A stretch of DNA of 64,000 nucleotides. Origin: an uncultured delta proteobacterium (lineage in GTDB: Bacteria; Desulfobacterota; Desulfomonilia; UBA1062). Positions 1-10,624 of this stretch are shown piece by piece. The DNA lies in assembly GCA_963785235.1 (NCBI GenBank), contig CAWAUM010000001.1, forward strand, positions 32,001-96,000, read 5' to 3'. Position 1 is the stretch's first letter, and every line of letters begins with the position of its first letter. Under the pieces are notes generated by a model. That model was not told the origin of the DNA and made no database searches. It saw only the letters and a list, made by a program, of their open reading frames with translations. The position numbers and the translations under genes are program-made.

Positions 1-294
1 AGAAGGCCACTGGCCGATCTGGCCGATGTGAGCGATGTCTGCGTGTACGGTATCCCTGCGGAATCCGGGTCGCCCGGCGAGAGCGACATCGTGGCCGCCA
101 TCGTCCTGGCCCCGGGAGCGAAGCTCGATGTGAAAAAGATCTACAAGGAGCTGGAGAAGACCCTGGAGAAGGGATACATCCCGCAGTTCCTCCAGGTGGT
201 GAGCGATATTCCCAAGACCGCTTCCGAGAAGAACCTCGATCGCGTGCTGCGTGATGAGTTCAGCAAGGATGCGGCGAATGTGCATAGATTTTAG
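1..294 (+). CDS. AMP-binding acyl-CoA synthetase, C-terminal part (5' truncated by window)
   Basis: VSDVCVYGIP...IPKTASEK C-terminal AMP-binding motif; lies upstream of ACAD and thiolase. Confidence 0.8.
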   Translation, partial: RRPLADLADVSDVCVYGIPAESGSPGESDIVAAIVLAPGAKLDVKKIYKELEKTLEKGYIPQFLQVVSDIPKTASEKNLDRVLRDEFSKDAANVHRF

Positions 295-329
295 GCATGA
301 GCCTAATTTAAAAATAAGGAGCAAACACC

Positions 330-1601
330 ATGGCATATGATTTTCTCGATCTGCAGGTAGCAGACCCGATTGCAATGTCCGATGACCACGAGGCGCTGAA
401 GAAGGCTGTCAGGAAGTTCGCCACCGAGGTGGTCAGGCCCGCTTCCATCGAGCTTGACAAGATGAGCGCGGAGGACATGGCCAAAAAGGGCTCCCCTTAC
501 TGGACCTGTATGCAGAAGGCCCACGAACTCGGTTACCATACCATCTTCATCCCCGAGGAGTACGGCGGCATCGGGCTCGATCCGCTGGGGCTCCACATAT
601 TCTTCGAGGAGATGGCCGCGGCGAGCATCGGGATTGCGGTTTCCTGCGGCGTGGATGTCTTTCCCACCTTCTTCGCCAACATGATCCTGGCGGAATATCC
701 GCAGCTCGAGGACATTCTCCTCAAGCCATACGTTGCGGACAAGGACTGTTCCATGCTGGGGTGCTGGGCCATCACCGAGCCTGAACACGGCTCCGACATC
801 CTCACGCCCTACCAGCCCCACTTCCATGACCCGAAAATCAGCCACCAGCTCGTGGGCAAGAAAGACGGCGACGACTGGATATTGAACGGCCAGAAGGCGG
901 CCTGGGTCTCCAACGGAACCGTGGCATCCATGGCGTTGCTCTTCTTCGGCACCGACCCATCCATGGGGCTTGCCGGAGGCGGCATCGCCATAGCAGACCT
1001 CACGGGCCCAGGGGTCACCCGGGGTAAAACCCTGGAGAAGATCGGCCAGCGGGACCTCCCCCAGGGCGAGATCTACTTCGACGATGTGAGGGTGCCCAAG
1101 GAGCGCATCTTCTGCGTGTCCGACTCCTATGAGCAGATGACCGACCTCGTGCTCGGTGCGGCGAACGCCCATATGGCGATCATGTGCGTCGGCGGCGCCA
1201 GGGCGGCATTCGAAGAGACCCTTTCCTACACCAAGGAGAGGGTCCAGGGCGGCAAGCTGTTGTGCGAGCACCAGGACGTCCAGAGGAGGCTCGCCGAGAT
1301 GTTCATCAATATCGAGGCGGCCAGGCAGCTCTCCCGGAACGTAATGACCTATAACCTCTGGAGCTTCCCGCCCAACACCACCTACTCCATGGCCTCCAAG
1401 GTGTACTGCTCAAGGGTCGCCTTTGACGTAGCCCAGAACGCGGTGCAGATCTTCGGCGGGAACGGCCTCACCAAGGAGTATGTCATCGAGAAGCTCTTCA
1501 GGGACATCACCTCCACCAGGATCGAGGACGGCTCCAACGAAACACTGACACTGGCCGTCGGCCGCGAGATCCTCCACGGGGAAATCCCCTACGGGAGCTG
1601 A
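330..1601 (+). CDS. Acyl-CoA dehydrogenase
   Basis: IPEEYGG, WAITEPEHGSD, LNGQKAWVSNG, QIFGGNG motifs; AAGGAG RBS. Confidence 0.92.
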   Translation: MAYDFLDLQVADPIAMSDDHEALKKAVRKFATEVVRPASIELDKMSAEDMAKKGSPYWTCMQKAHELGYHTIFIPEEYGGIGLDPLGLHIFFEEMAAASIGIAVSCGVDVFPTFFANMILAEYPQLEDILLKPYVADKDCSMLGCWAITEPEHGSDILTPYQPHFHDPKISHQLVGKKDGDDWILNGQKAAWVSNGTVASMALLFFGTDPSMGLAGGGIAIADLTGPGVTRGKTLEKIGQRDLPQGEIYFDDVRVPKERIFCVSDSYEQMTDLVLGAANAHMAIMCVGGARAAFEETLSYTKERVQGGKLLCEHQDVQRRLAEMFINIEAARQLSRNVMTYNLWSFPPNTTYSMASKVYCSRVAFDVAQNAVQIFGGNGLTKEYVIEKLFRDITSTRIEDGSNETLTLAVGREILHGEIPYGS

Positions 1602-1673
1602 CACAGGTACAGGGTTTTTACTACGTCACATGAGAAGAAAAGGATCACACCCATCAATGAAAAGGAGATACAA

Positions 1674-2917
1674 ATGGACAGCGTGTATGTGATCGGCGTC
1701 GGCATGATACGTTTTGGCAAGTACCTCGACGGCTCGGTCCGTGTCATGGCAAAGGCAGGCCCTGGACCTGGTCCTAGCCGATGCCGGGCTCGACCAAAGC
1801 CGATATCCAGTCGGCATATATATCCAACACCTTCTGGGGCATGTTCGCAAACCAGCATTCCATCAGGGGCGAGGTCATGCTCTGGGATGCCGGGCTCCGG
1901 GGCATCCCCATCGTGAACTGTGAAAATGCGTGCGCCGGCGCATCAACGGCGGTGCACCTGGGCTATACCGCCATAAGGGCAGGGATGTACGACGTGGTCC
2001 TGGCACTGGGTTCGGAGAAGATCACGAACGCCAACAAGGCGCTCTCGCTCAGCGCATACGCCACCTGCATGGACGTGGAGAACTTCGAGTAGCACATCAA
2101 CATGTTCATGGAGCTCAACAAGAAGCTCGATTTCAAGCTCCCCGACGGCGAGACGCCCCCGGGCGAAGGCAGGAGCATCTTCATGGATGCCTATGCCATG
2201 GGCGCCAGGTGGCACATGAAGAAATACGGCTCCACCAAGAAGCAGCTCTCGGTGATCTGCTCCAAGAACCACTACCACGGTTCGCTCAACCCGAACGCCC
2301 AGTTCCAGGAAGCCATGACCGTGGACGAGGTCATGAATGCCAGGCCCGTTACCTACCCGCTCACCGTGCCCATGTGCGCGCCTGTGGGAGACGGTGCGGC
2401 TGCGGCCATCCTGTGCTCCGAAAGATATCTGAAGAAACTGAAAAATGCGCGCCCGGTGAGGATACTCGCTTCCATTCTCGGCTCGGGCACCGATCGGGAC
2501 ATCGACGGGGTCGATATCGGGGAGAGGCTCTCGAAGAAGGCCTATGAGTATGCAGGGCTCGGGCCAAAGGATATCGACCTTGCAGAACTCCACGATGCCA
2601 CGGCCTACGGCGAGCTGCACCAGTACGAGGCCATGGGCTTCTGTGCGCCCGGGGAAGGTGGGATCCTTGCGGAATCCGGGGCCACAACGCTGGGCGGGAA
2701 ACTGCCGGTGAACACGAGCGGCGGGCTCGAATGCCGAGGGCACCCCATCGGGGCGTCAGGGCTCGCCCAGATCCATGAGGTAACCGAGCAGCTCCGGGGC
2801 GAGGCAGGCAAGCGCCAGGTGGAAGGCGCCCGCATCGGCCTGACGGAAAACGGCGGCGGAAACCTGGGTGTCGAAGAGGCATCCATGACCATCCATATAT
2901 TCGAGAAGGTCTCATAA
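1674..2917 (+). CDS. Thiolase family protein (SCP2/SCP-x type); one frameshift near 1755 and an in-frame TAG at 2090-2092
   Basis: VYVIGVGMIRFGK, ENACAGAS, AELHDA, VNTSGGL..RGHPIGASG across ORFs 1674, 1781 and 2102. Confidence 0.88.
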
Positions 2918-2986
2918 GAGTGAATACACAGTGATGCCTGTTTTACATCGGGCAGGATGTGTTCATGAAAAGAGGGGGTAGAGCGT

Positions 2987-5441
2987 ATGTCGGAATCCTT
3001 TGAATCGAGCAGGTTTACATATCTGAACGACCCGCCGGTTGTGTCCAGGCCGTTCAGCATCACAGGTGGATCAAGACAAGTGCATCGGCTGCGGCGTCTG
3101 CATCAAGCAGTGCCCGTGTCAGACCCTGGAGATGGTCCCGAGGAAAGAGGCCTCTGCGCTTCAGCAGCCTTCCTGCCAGTACCACTGCCCGGCAGGGACG
3201 GACATCCGTGGCTATCTCCAGATCCTGTCCAAAGGGGGATCTCTTGAAGATGCCTGGACGCATCATCACCGAAACCAACCCCATGCCCGCCATCACGGGC
3301 AGGGTCTGCCCGCATCCCTGCGAAAGCTCCTGCAACCGCTCGGGTGTGGACAGTTCACTCAACATCAACGGCTCTGGAGCGCGCCGTGGGCGACTACGGG
3401 ATCGAAAAGGGGCTCGCCTTCGAGAAACCCGCAAAGTCACTCAAGGAAAAGGTGGCAGTAATCGGCTCCGGACCCTCAGGCATGTCATGCGCCTATCAGC
3501 TTGCGCGCCTCGGCTACCAGGTAACGGTCTATGAGGCGAACAAGAAGCCGGGCGGCATGCTCACCTATGCGATCCCCCGCTACCGGCTGCCCGAGGCGGT
3601 GGTGGACAGTGAGCTGCAGAAGATCATCGACCTGGGCATCACCATGAAGCTCGGCACTACCGTGGGCAGGGACGTATTGCTCGATGACCTGAAGAAAGAG
3701 TTCAAGGCAATCTATGTGGCCGTGGGCGCCCAGGCCGGTACAGAACTCGGGGTCAAGGGCGAGGACGCAAAGGATGTTTATTCCGGCCTTGCCTTCCTGA
3801 AATCCATCAAGGAGAGCAAGCCGCTCAAACTCGGGAAAAAGGTAGTCGTCATCGGCGGCGGCAACACTGCCATTGATTCGGCCCGTGCAGCCCGCAGGAT
3901 GGGTTCGGACGTGACCATCCTCTACCGGAGAACAGCCTCCGAGATGCCTGCGTATGCAGCAGAGGTGGCGGCGGCGCAGGCCGAGGGTGTGAAGATCGAG
4001 TTCCTGTGCGCCCCTGTGCGCGTGTCCGCGAACGGTAAAGGGAGCGTTTCCTGCGTAAGGATGGAGCTCGGAGCGCCTGATGAGTCGGGCAGGCCAAGGC
4101 CCGTGCCCATCAAGGGGAGCGATTTCGAAGTGGCCTTTGACACGCTGATAGCGGCCGTAGGCCAGGCCCTGCTGCCCGAAGGGTTCGAAGGACTCTTGGG
4201 CTCTTCCTGGATCGGTGCCGATGAACTGGGTCAGACTTCCCAGAAAGGGATCTTTGCAGGCGGCGATGCGGCGAGCGGCCCGGGACTGGTTGCCGGAGGC
4301 CATAGGCGCGGGCTCAAAGGCGGCCCTTGCCATCGATGCCTTTATCAATGGCAGGAAGGCGGGTCTGCCGGAAAAGAAAGAGATATCGTACAAGGATGTC
4401 CCGTTGAATGAATGGCCGAAGATGGCTCGGAGCGTTGCCAAAGAGCTCACCGTGGAGCAGAGACTCGCCCATGCCGATGCCGAGGTGAACCTGCCCTTGA
4501 GCCTGGAACAGGTGCAGAGCGAGGGCAAGCGCTGCCTTGGCTGCGGCATGAAGGAGCCGAAGTTCACCGGCATGCCCTATTTCGGGAAGATCTGCATCGC
4601 GTGCCACAACTGCGAGGCCATCTGTCCCCAGGGAGCGCTGTCCTTCCCGTATTACTATCAGATCGACAAGGGCAGGTGGGCATACGATTTCGACTATGCC
4701 GAGCGCGGAGCGGGAATACCGAACCCGCTCATGCTGGACAAACCGCTCGATCTCAGTGAGATAGAATCAAATCTCACCGGGGCAGAGAAGGTGATCTACA
4801 ACCGCAGATCCACCCGGATCTACAAGCCCGATGCGGTGCCGAAAGAGCTCATCCACCGGGTGCTGGAGGCGGGCAGGTTTGCGCCGTCGGCCGGGAACTG
4901 CCAGGGATGGAAGTTTGTGGTGCTCACGGATAAGGCACTCATGAATGATATGAGTGTGACCGTGCTCAAGTTCCTGAACATGTTCACCAAACTCTACCAG
5001 GGCAAGGACCCCTTGAGGACGGCGTTGAAGAAGACCCTGGCATTCGCGAAACCCTCCGGGAGCGACCAGCGTCCCATGGTGGCCATGCAGGCCCTGCTCA
5101 CGCCCAAATTCGGAGATAAACCGTTGAGTGTATTCTTCGATGCCCCCTGTGCCATTATCCTGCTCGCGCACCATATGCACATCTCCGATGCATCTCTGGG
5201 CATCGGTATCTGCGCCCAGAACATGGTGATGGCCGCCCACTCGCTCGGGCTCGGCACGTGCTACGTGGGATTTGTGTCAACAGCCTTGAAGATGGACCCC
5301 GGCACCAAGAAATACTGGCCCAAGCTCGGCATCTCCTGGCCCTATGATATCCCCTGTACGGTACTGACGCTGGGATATCCGGCCGTACAGACGGACAAGC
5401 CGGTGGAGCGTGAGTTCCCCAAGGTGGTCTGGGTGGAATAA
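2987..5441 (+). CDS. Multidomain ferredoxin / GltD-like FAD-NAD(P) oxidoreductase / nitroreductase fusion (frameshifts near 3062, 3259, 3371, 4291)
   Basis: CIGCGVCIKQCP; PSCQYHCPAG, GRVCPHPCE; VIGSGPSG, VIGGGNTAID, FAGGD; RCLGCG; CIACHNCEAICP; RRSTRIY, APSAGNCQ, AAHSLGLGTC. Confidence 0.82.
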
Positions 5442-5447
5442 AGACAG

Positions 5448-5486
5448 TCCCCCCGAGGGGAAGTCCCTTCGGGGGGATAATTTTTT
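5448..5486 (+). terminator. Rho-independent terminator
   Basis: TCCCCCCGAGGGGA/TCCCTTCGGGGGGA stem followed by T6, just after the stop at 5441. Confidence 0.7.
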
Positions 5487-5514
5487 GATTTATTGTAATG
5501 GAAGGGATGTCTCC

Positions 5515-6471
5515 ATGAAACATATCCTTATCACCGGGGTATCAGGGTATTTCGGGCAGAAGCTTGTAGAGCTCTTTGAAGGCAAATCCGAGGTGGAGCG
5601 CATTACGGGGATCGATATCAGGCTCCCTGCGTATTCCTCAAAGAAGCTCGAGTTCATCAGGTGTGATGTTCGGGACAATCTGGAAAAGGTCTTCTCCGGC
5701 AGGGCTATCGACTGCGTCATCCATACTGCCTATATCCTCCCTCCCATTCACGACACGGCCCTCATGGAGGACATCAACGTCAACGGCACGATCAACGTCC
5801 TTACCGCTTCCGCTGCCCACAAGGCCGCCCAGATCATCGACTGCTCGTCGAGCACGGCATACGGGTTCCATCCCGACAACCCGCGGGTATTAACCGAGGA
5901 GAGCCCGCTTCGGGGAAACGATGACTTCATCTACGCGAAGAATAAGAAGGAGCTGGAGAAATGGACCCAGGGCTTCGAGAAGGCCCATCCCCACATCCTT
6001 CTCACCGTGATCAGGCCGTGTTTTGTCGTGGGTCCCGGGTTCACCAACCCCTTAGCCCGGCAACTGTGCAAGAAGATCTGCATCCTTCCGTCTGAAACCG
6101 CACCGTTCCAGTTTATCCACGAGGACGACCTTGTGGAGATCATGTATCTCCTGCTGAAGAATGAAAAGACCGGGGTCTACAACCTGGCGGCCGACGGCAC
6201 CATGACCTTTGACGAGATGCTCAGCATCCTGGGCGGGTGGCCATTGAAGATACCGATATGGCTCCTGTGGCCAATGAACAGCCTTATGTGGCACCTGCGG
6301 GCCAAGTTCATCACCGAGTCTCCGAGCCCCTGCCTCAACCTCATCCGCTATCCCTGGATCGCGAGCAACGACAAGGTCAAGAGAGAGCTCGGGTATGAAT
6401 TCAGGTATACGACCAGGGAGGCCTTCGACGATTTCGCCCGGCATGTGAAGGAAACAGGGGGCATCCGGTAG
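5515..6471 (+). CDS. NAD-dependent epimerase/dehydratase (extended SDR)
   Basis: ILITGVSGYFG, SSSTAYG, YAKNK motifs. Confidence 0.85.
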   Translation: MKHILITGVSGYFGQKLVELFEGKSEVERITGIDIRLPAYSSKKLEFIRCDVRDNLEKVFSGRAIDCVIHTAYILPPIHDTALMEDINVNGTINVLTASAAHKAAQIIDCSSSTAYGFHPDNPRVLTEESPLRGNDDFIYAKNKKELEKWTQGFEKAHPHILLTVIRPCFVVGPGFTNPLARQLCKKICILPSETAPFQFIHEDDLVEIMYLLLKNEKTGVYNLAADGTMTFDEMLSILGGWPLKIPIWLLWPMNSLMWHLRAKFITESPSPCLNLIRYPWIASNDKVKRELGYEFRYTTREAFDDFARHVKETGGIR

Positions 6472-6508
6472 AGGACTGCACTGAAGTTGCAATAGGAGGG
6501 AAGCAGCA

Positions 6509-7369
6509 ATGAGGGTGCAAGTCAAAGGCAGGAATGTTCTCGTAACCGGGTCTTCCATGGGGATCGGCAAGGGACTGTCCGAGTGTTTTGCCGCCGAGGG
6601 TGCAAATCTTGTCCTGGCTGATCACCCGGCCCAGCATGAGCGCCTGGAGGAATGGGCGGCTGAACTGGGGCGCACGTATGGGATCAGGACATGGACCTGT
6701 TATGCCGATCTCTCGGAATCCGATGGCCCTGAGCAGCTCTATGATCAGGTCCTCCGGTCAGTGCCCGAGGTCCATGTGCTGGTGAACAATGCAGGCATTT
6801 GTTGGTTCGGCAGATTCTATGAAATGCCAATGGAGAAGCTGAATACCATGATCATGCTCAACTGCGTGGCCTATGCCAAAATGAGCCGCCTCTTCCTGCC
6901 CGCCATGATTGAGCGATCAGAGGGAGGAATCCTGAACATCTCGTCGGTTTCAGCATTTCAGCCCGTGCCGACGCTGGGACTCTATGCCTCCACCAAGGCC
7001 TTGACCCAGAGCCTCACCGAGGCAATCAGGGCTGAGCTGCCCGCAGGGAGCAGGGTTGTCGTCTCAACGCTCAACCCGCCGTTTACCAGGACGCACCTCA
7101 TCGAGGATGCTGGTGTCCCTTCGGATTACATACCCATGATGATGTCCTTCATGGGTGTGGAGGAGGTCACCTCTGAAGGTGTGAAGGCGTTCATGCAGGG
7201 CAAGGAGCGGTATGTGCCCGGCCTCCACAACCGGATCTTCTACCTGGGATTCTCCAAGTTCATGCCCCACAGCATCTTGAACTGGTTCTCCCGGCTGCTT
7301 ACCCGCAGGCTTTCCGATTTCATCCCTGTGCAGGTCATGGCGCTTTTCAAAGGCTTGAAAGCGAAATAG
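6509..7369 (+). CDS. Short-chain dehydrogenase/reductase
   Basis: TGSSMGIG, VNNAG, YASTK motifs. Confidence 0.9.
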   Translation: MRVQVKGRNVLVTGSSMGIGKGLSECFAAEGANLVLADHPAQHERLEEWAAELGRTYGIRTWTCYADLSESDGPEQLYDQVLRSVPEVHVLVNNAGICWFGRFYEMPMEKLNTMIMLNCVAYAKMSRLFLPAMIERSEGGILNISSVSAFQPVPTLGLYASTKALTQSLTEAIRAELPAGSRVVVSTLNPPFTRTHLIEDAGVPSDYIPMMMSFMGVEEVTSEGVKAFMQGKERYVPGLHNRIFYLGFSKFMPHSILNWFSRLLTRRLSDFIPVQVMALFKGLKAK

Positions 7370-7655
7370 CGCCAATCCTTACAAAGGCTTTTCAGGTATC
7401 GTTTCCCTTTTTGTCTTGCCCCAGGGAGGACCTGGGTGCACAGAAATAAACATAAGAAGACCCTATATACTAAATTTGTACAGGACATGATCGGACGCTG
7501 ATTGCGGACATTGGCCCCGGGCTGGGGAAAACACCATTTTATCCTTTCATTTTCCGCAGGATTTGGGTAAATAGCTGCTTTCTTATGATAGCCGCGTTTC
7601 GTCCGGGGCGCTGGCTTAAGCTCGGGCAGGTAGGCCCGTGAAGGGGATAACGCTG

Positions 7656-8540
7656 ATGGAACAGGCCATTGTGAGGGCAAAGGTCCTGGTGGAGGCCCTG
7701 CCCTACATCAGGGATTTCAGGGGTAAACGGATCGTGGTCAAGTACGGCGGCCATGCCATGGTGGACCCTGAGCTGAAGAAGCTCTTTGCCCAGCAGATCA
7801 TCCTGTTCCAGTACATCGGTATCCAGGTGGTGGTGGTCCACGGCGGAGGTCCCCAGATCAGCTCGGTCCTTGCGCAGATGGGCATCAAATCCACCTTTAT
7901 CGAGGGAAAACGCGTGACCGATGCCAAGACCATGGATGTGGTGGAGATGGTCCTGGCAGGCGGCATCAATAAAGAGATCGTGCACCTCATCAACTCGCAA
8001 GGCGGCAAGTCGGTGGGCCTTTCCGGCAAGGACGGCAGCCTGATCAAGGCGAAAAAACTCTACTCGCCGCGCAAGAAGCCCGACGGTACCGTGGTAAACG
8101 ATCTGGACATGGGACATGTTGGTGAGGTGGAAGAGATCAACACCGAGATCATCGATGCCGTGGAAAAGGCCGGGTTCGTGGCGGTCATCGCCCCTTCAGG
8201 AGTGGGCGACGACGGGCTCACCTACAACATCAACGCCGACACTGTGGCCGCAGGCATTGCAAGCCAGCTGGGCGTGGAAAAACTTATCATCTTAACCGAT
8301 GAACAGGGCGTGCTGGACAAGAAGGGAAAGCTCATCTCCAGCCTTAAATATGCACAGATCCCCGGCCTCATGAAAAAGGGCGTGGTCACGGGCGGCATGA
8401 TCCCCAAGCTGGAGTGCTGCATGAAGGCCCTGGATGGCGGGGTTATGAAGGCCCACATCGTGGATGGCCGTGTCCCCTATTCAATCCTGCTGGAGCTCTT
8501 TACCGACTCCGGCATAGGCACCCAGATCGTTAAGGAGTGA
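7656..8540 (+). CDS. argB: Acetylglutamate kinase
   Basis: EALPYI, VVKYGGHAM, VHGGGPQI, YNINAD, GGMIPK. Confidence 0.96.
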   Translation: MEQAIVRAKVLVEALPYIRDFRGKRIVVKYGGHAMVDPELKKLFAQQIILFQYIGIQVVVVHGGGPQISSVLAQMGIKSTFIEGKRVTDAKTMDVVEMVLAGGINKEIVHLINSQGGKSVGLSGKDGSLIKAKKLYSPRKKPDGTVVNDLDMGHVGEVEEINTEIIDAVEKAGFVAVIAPSGVGDDGLTYNINADTVAAGIASQLGVEKLIILTDEQGVLDKKGKLISSLKYAQIPGLMKKGVVTGGMIPKLECCMKALDGGVMKAHIVDGRVPYSILLELFTDSGIGTQIVKE

Positions 8541-8547
8541 CATAATA

Positions 8548-9711
8548 GTGAACCATGTAATGAAAACCTATGCAAGGCAGCCCGTGAAGATCGTCAAGGG
8601 CAAGGGTTGCCTGCTCTTTGACGATGCAGGCAAGGAGTACCTGGACATGGTTGCCGGCATTGCCGTGTGCAACCTGGGCCATGCGAACCCCGAGGTAGCT
8701 GCTGCGCTGAAGGAACAGGCGGACAGGCTCTTCCACTGCTCCAATCTCTATGAGATCCCCCAGCAGGAGCTTGTGGCAACCATGCTTTCCGAACATTCGT
8801 TTCCTGCAGAGGTCTTCTTCTGCAACTCAGGGGCTGAGGCCAACGAGGGGGCCATCAAGCTCGTACGGAGATATTGCAACACAAAGACCAAGAGGGGGTC
8901 GCGCATCATTACCGCCCAGGAATCCTTTCACGGAAGGACCTTGGCGACCCTGGCCGCTACCGGCCAGACCAAATACCGTGCCGGGTTCGATCCCATACCC
9001 GAGGGCTTTCTCGCCGTACCTTTCGGGGACTTTGATGCCCTCGAGGCAGCCATTACCCCTGAGGTGGGAGGCATCATGCTGGAGCCCATCCAGGGCGAGG
9101 GCGGGGTCAATATCCCTGAGCCGGGATATTTTGCAAAGGTAAGGGAGCTCTGCGACCAGGAAGGCATCCTGCTGGTGCTGGACGAGGTGCAGACCGGCAT
9201 GGCCAGGACCGGCAGGCTTTTTGCCCATGAGCACGAATGCATCACGCCGGACATCATGACCCTGGCCAAGGCCCTGGGCAACGGTTTCCCTGTGGGCGCC
9301 GTGATAGCAAGGCCCGATATCGCCCAGGTGCTCGTCCCCGGCACCCATGCATCCACCTTTGGCGGCAACCCCCTGGCCATGGCAGCCTCTCTGTCCACGC
9401 TCTCAATCATGCTCAGGGACAATATTGCGACGCAGGCCCTTGAGAAGGGCACATACCTGATGGAAAAACTTCAGGGGCTCAAGAAGGACCATCCGGCACT
9501 CAGGACCGTTCGCGGCAGGGGCCTTATGGTGGGTGCCGAGTTCGATGCCGACATTTCCTTCATGCCCGCCGAAGGGCTCAAGCACGGCATCATGCTGAAC
9601 GTCATCCAGGGCCGCATCTTGAGGCTTGTGCCGCCGCTTGTCATCAGTGTGGCTGAAATCGACCAGGCCCTTGAGATCATCGAGGGCATCCTGAAGGAGA
9701 AAGGACTATAA
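8548..9711 (+). CDS. argD: Acetylornithine aminotransferase
   Basis: NSGAEANE, SFHGRT, DEVQTG, TLAKALG, TFGGNP; arg operon context. Confidence 0.95.
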   Translation: MNHVMKTYARQPVKIVKGKGCLLFDDAGKEYLDMVAGIAVCNLGHANPEVAAALKEQADRLFHCSNLYEIPQQELVATMLSEHSFPAEVFFCNSGAEANEGAIKLVRRYCNTKTKRGSRIITAQESFHGRTLATLAATGQTKYRAGFDPIPEGFLAVPFGDFDALEAAITPEVGGIMLEPIQGEGGVNIPEPGYFAKVRELCDQEGILLVLDEVQTGMARTGRLFAHEHECITPDIMTLAKALGNGFPVGAVIARPDIAQVLVPGTHASTFGGNPLAMAASLSTLSIMLRDNIATQALEKGTYLMEKLQGLKKDHPALRTVRGRGLMVGAEFDADISFMPAEGLKHGIMLNVIQGRILRLVPPLVISVAEIDQALEIIEGILKEKGL

Positions 9712-10613
9712 TGGAGCACAGGAATTTCTTATCCATCCGCGACCTCACGGCTGACGAGATCGGTGATGTCTTTGAGAATGCAGCCCGGTTCAAGCAGGCA
9801 AGCCCTTCAAGATCACTTGAGGGTAAATCGGTGGTGCTGCTCTTCGAGAAGGCATCAACGAGGACCAGGGTGTCGTTTGAAGTGGGCATTGCCCGGTTGG
9901 GCGCCCACCCGGTAGTGCTCAGTGTGGAAGGCTCCCAGATAGCCCGCGGTGAGCCTTTGAAGGATACGGCCCGGATCCTGGCCGGATACTGTGACGCCAT
10001 TGTCATGAGGACCTTCGGCCATGACCGCATCGAGGAGATGGCTTCCTATGCAGAAGTGCCTGTGATAAACGCGCTCACCGACCTGCTGCATCCCTGCCAG
10101 GTGCTTGCCGACTGCTTCACCCTGACCCAGAGGTTCGGGGATCTGTCAGGTAAAAAGGTCGCCTGGATCGGCGACGGTAACAACATGGCCAACTCCTGGA
10201 TCAATGCCTCTGCTGCGCTGGGGTTTGAACTGACCCTTGCCTGCCCCGAGGGCTTCGATCCTGACAAAAATATCATGGATGCCGCACTGGCCGATGGCGC
10301 CAAGGTACTGGTGGTGCGTGATTTGAAAGAGGCGGTCAAAGGGGCCATTGCCGTGAATACGGATGTATGGGCCAGCATGGGCCAGGAGGGCGAGGCCGAG
10401 CGGCGCAAAAGGGCCTTCGAGGCGTATATGGTGGATGAGGCCCTCATGGACACAGCCGGTCCTGATGCGGTATTCATGCACTGTCTCCCCGCCCACAGGG
10501 GCGAGGAGGTTGCCGAAGAGGTCCTGGAGGGGTGGCGCTCCATCGTATGGGAGCAGGCCCAGAACAGACAATACATCCAGGAGGCCATCCTGGAGTTTCT
10601 ACTACGAGCGTAA
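9711..10613 (+). CDS. argF: Ornithine carbamoyltransferase
   Basis: [25 protein letters not shown]. Confidence 0.96.
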   Translation: MEHRNFLSIRDLTADEIGDVFENAARFKQASPSRSLEGKSVVLLFEKASTRTRVSFEVGIARLGAHPVVLSVEGSQIARGEPLKDTARILAGYCDAIVMRTFGHDRIEEMASYAEVPVINALTDLLHPCQVLADCFTLTQRFGDLSGKKVAWIGDGNNMANSWINASAALGFELTLACPEGFDPDKNIMDAALADGAKVLVVRDLKEAVKGAIAVNTDVWASMGQEGEAERRKRAFEAYMVDEALMDTAGPDAVFMHCLPAHRGEEVAEEVLEGWRSIVWEQAQNRQYIQEAILEFLLRA

Positions 10614-10624
10614 AAGGAGTCGTC

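Noticed and set aside
7370-7655. Arg box, attenuator or riboswitch upstream of argB
   Set aside because: No tandem ARG boxes, Arg-rich leader peptide or known aptamer consensus was recognisable.
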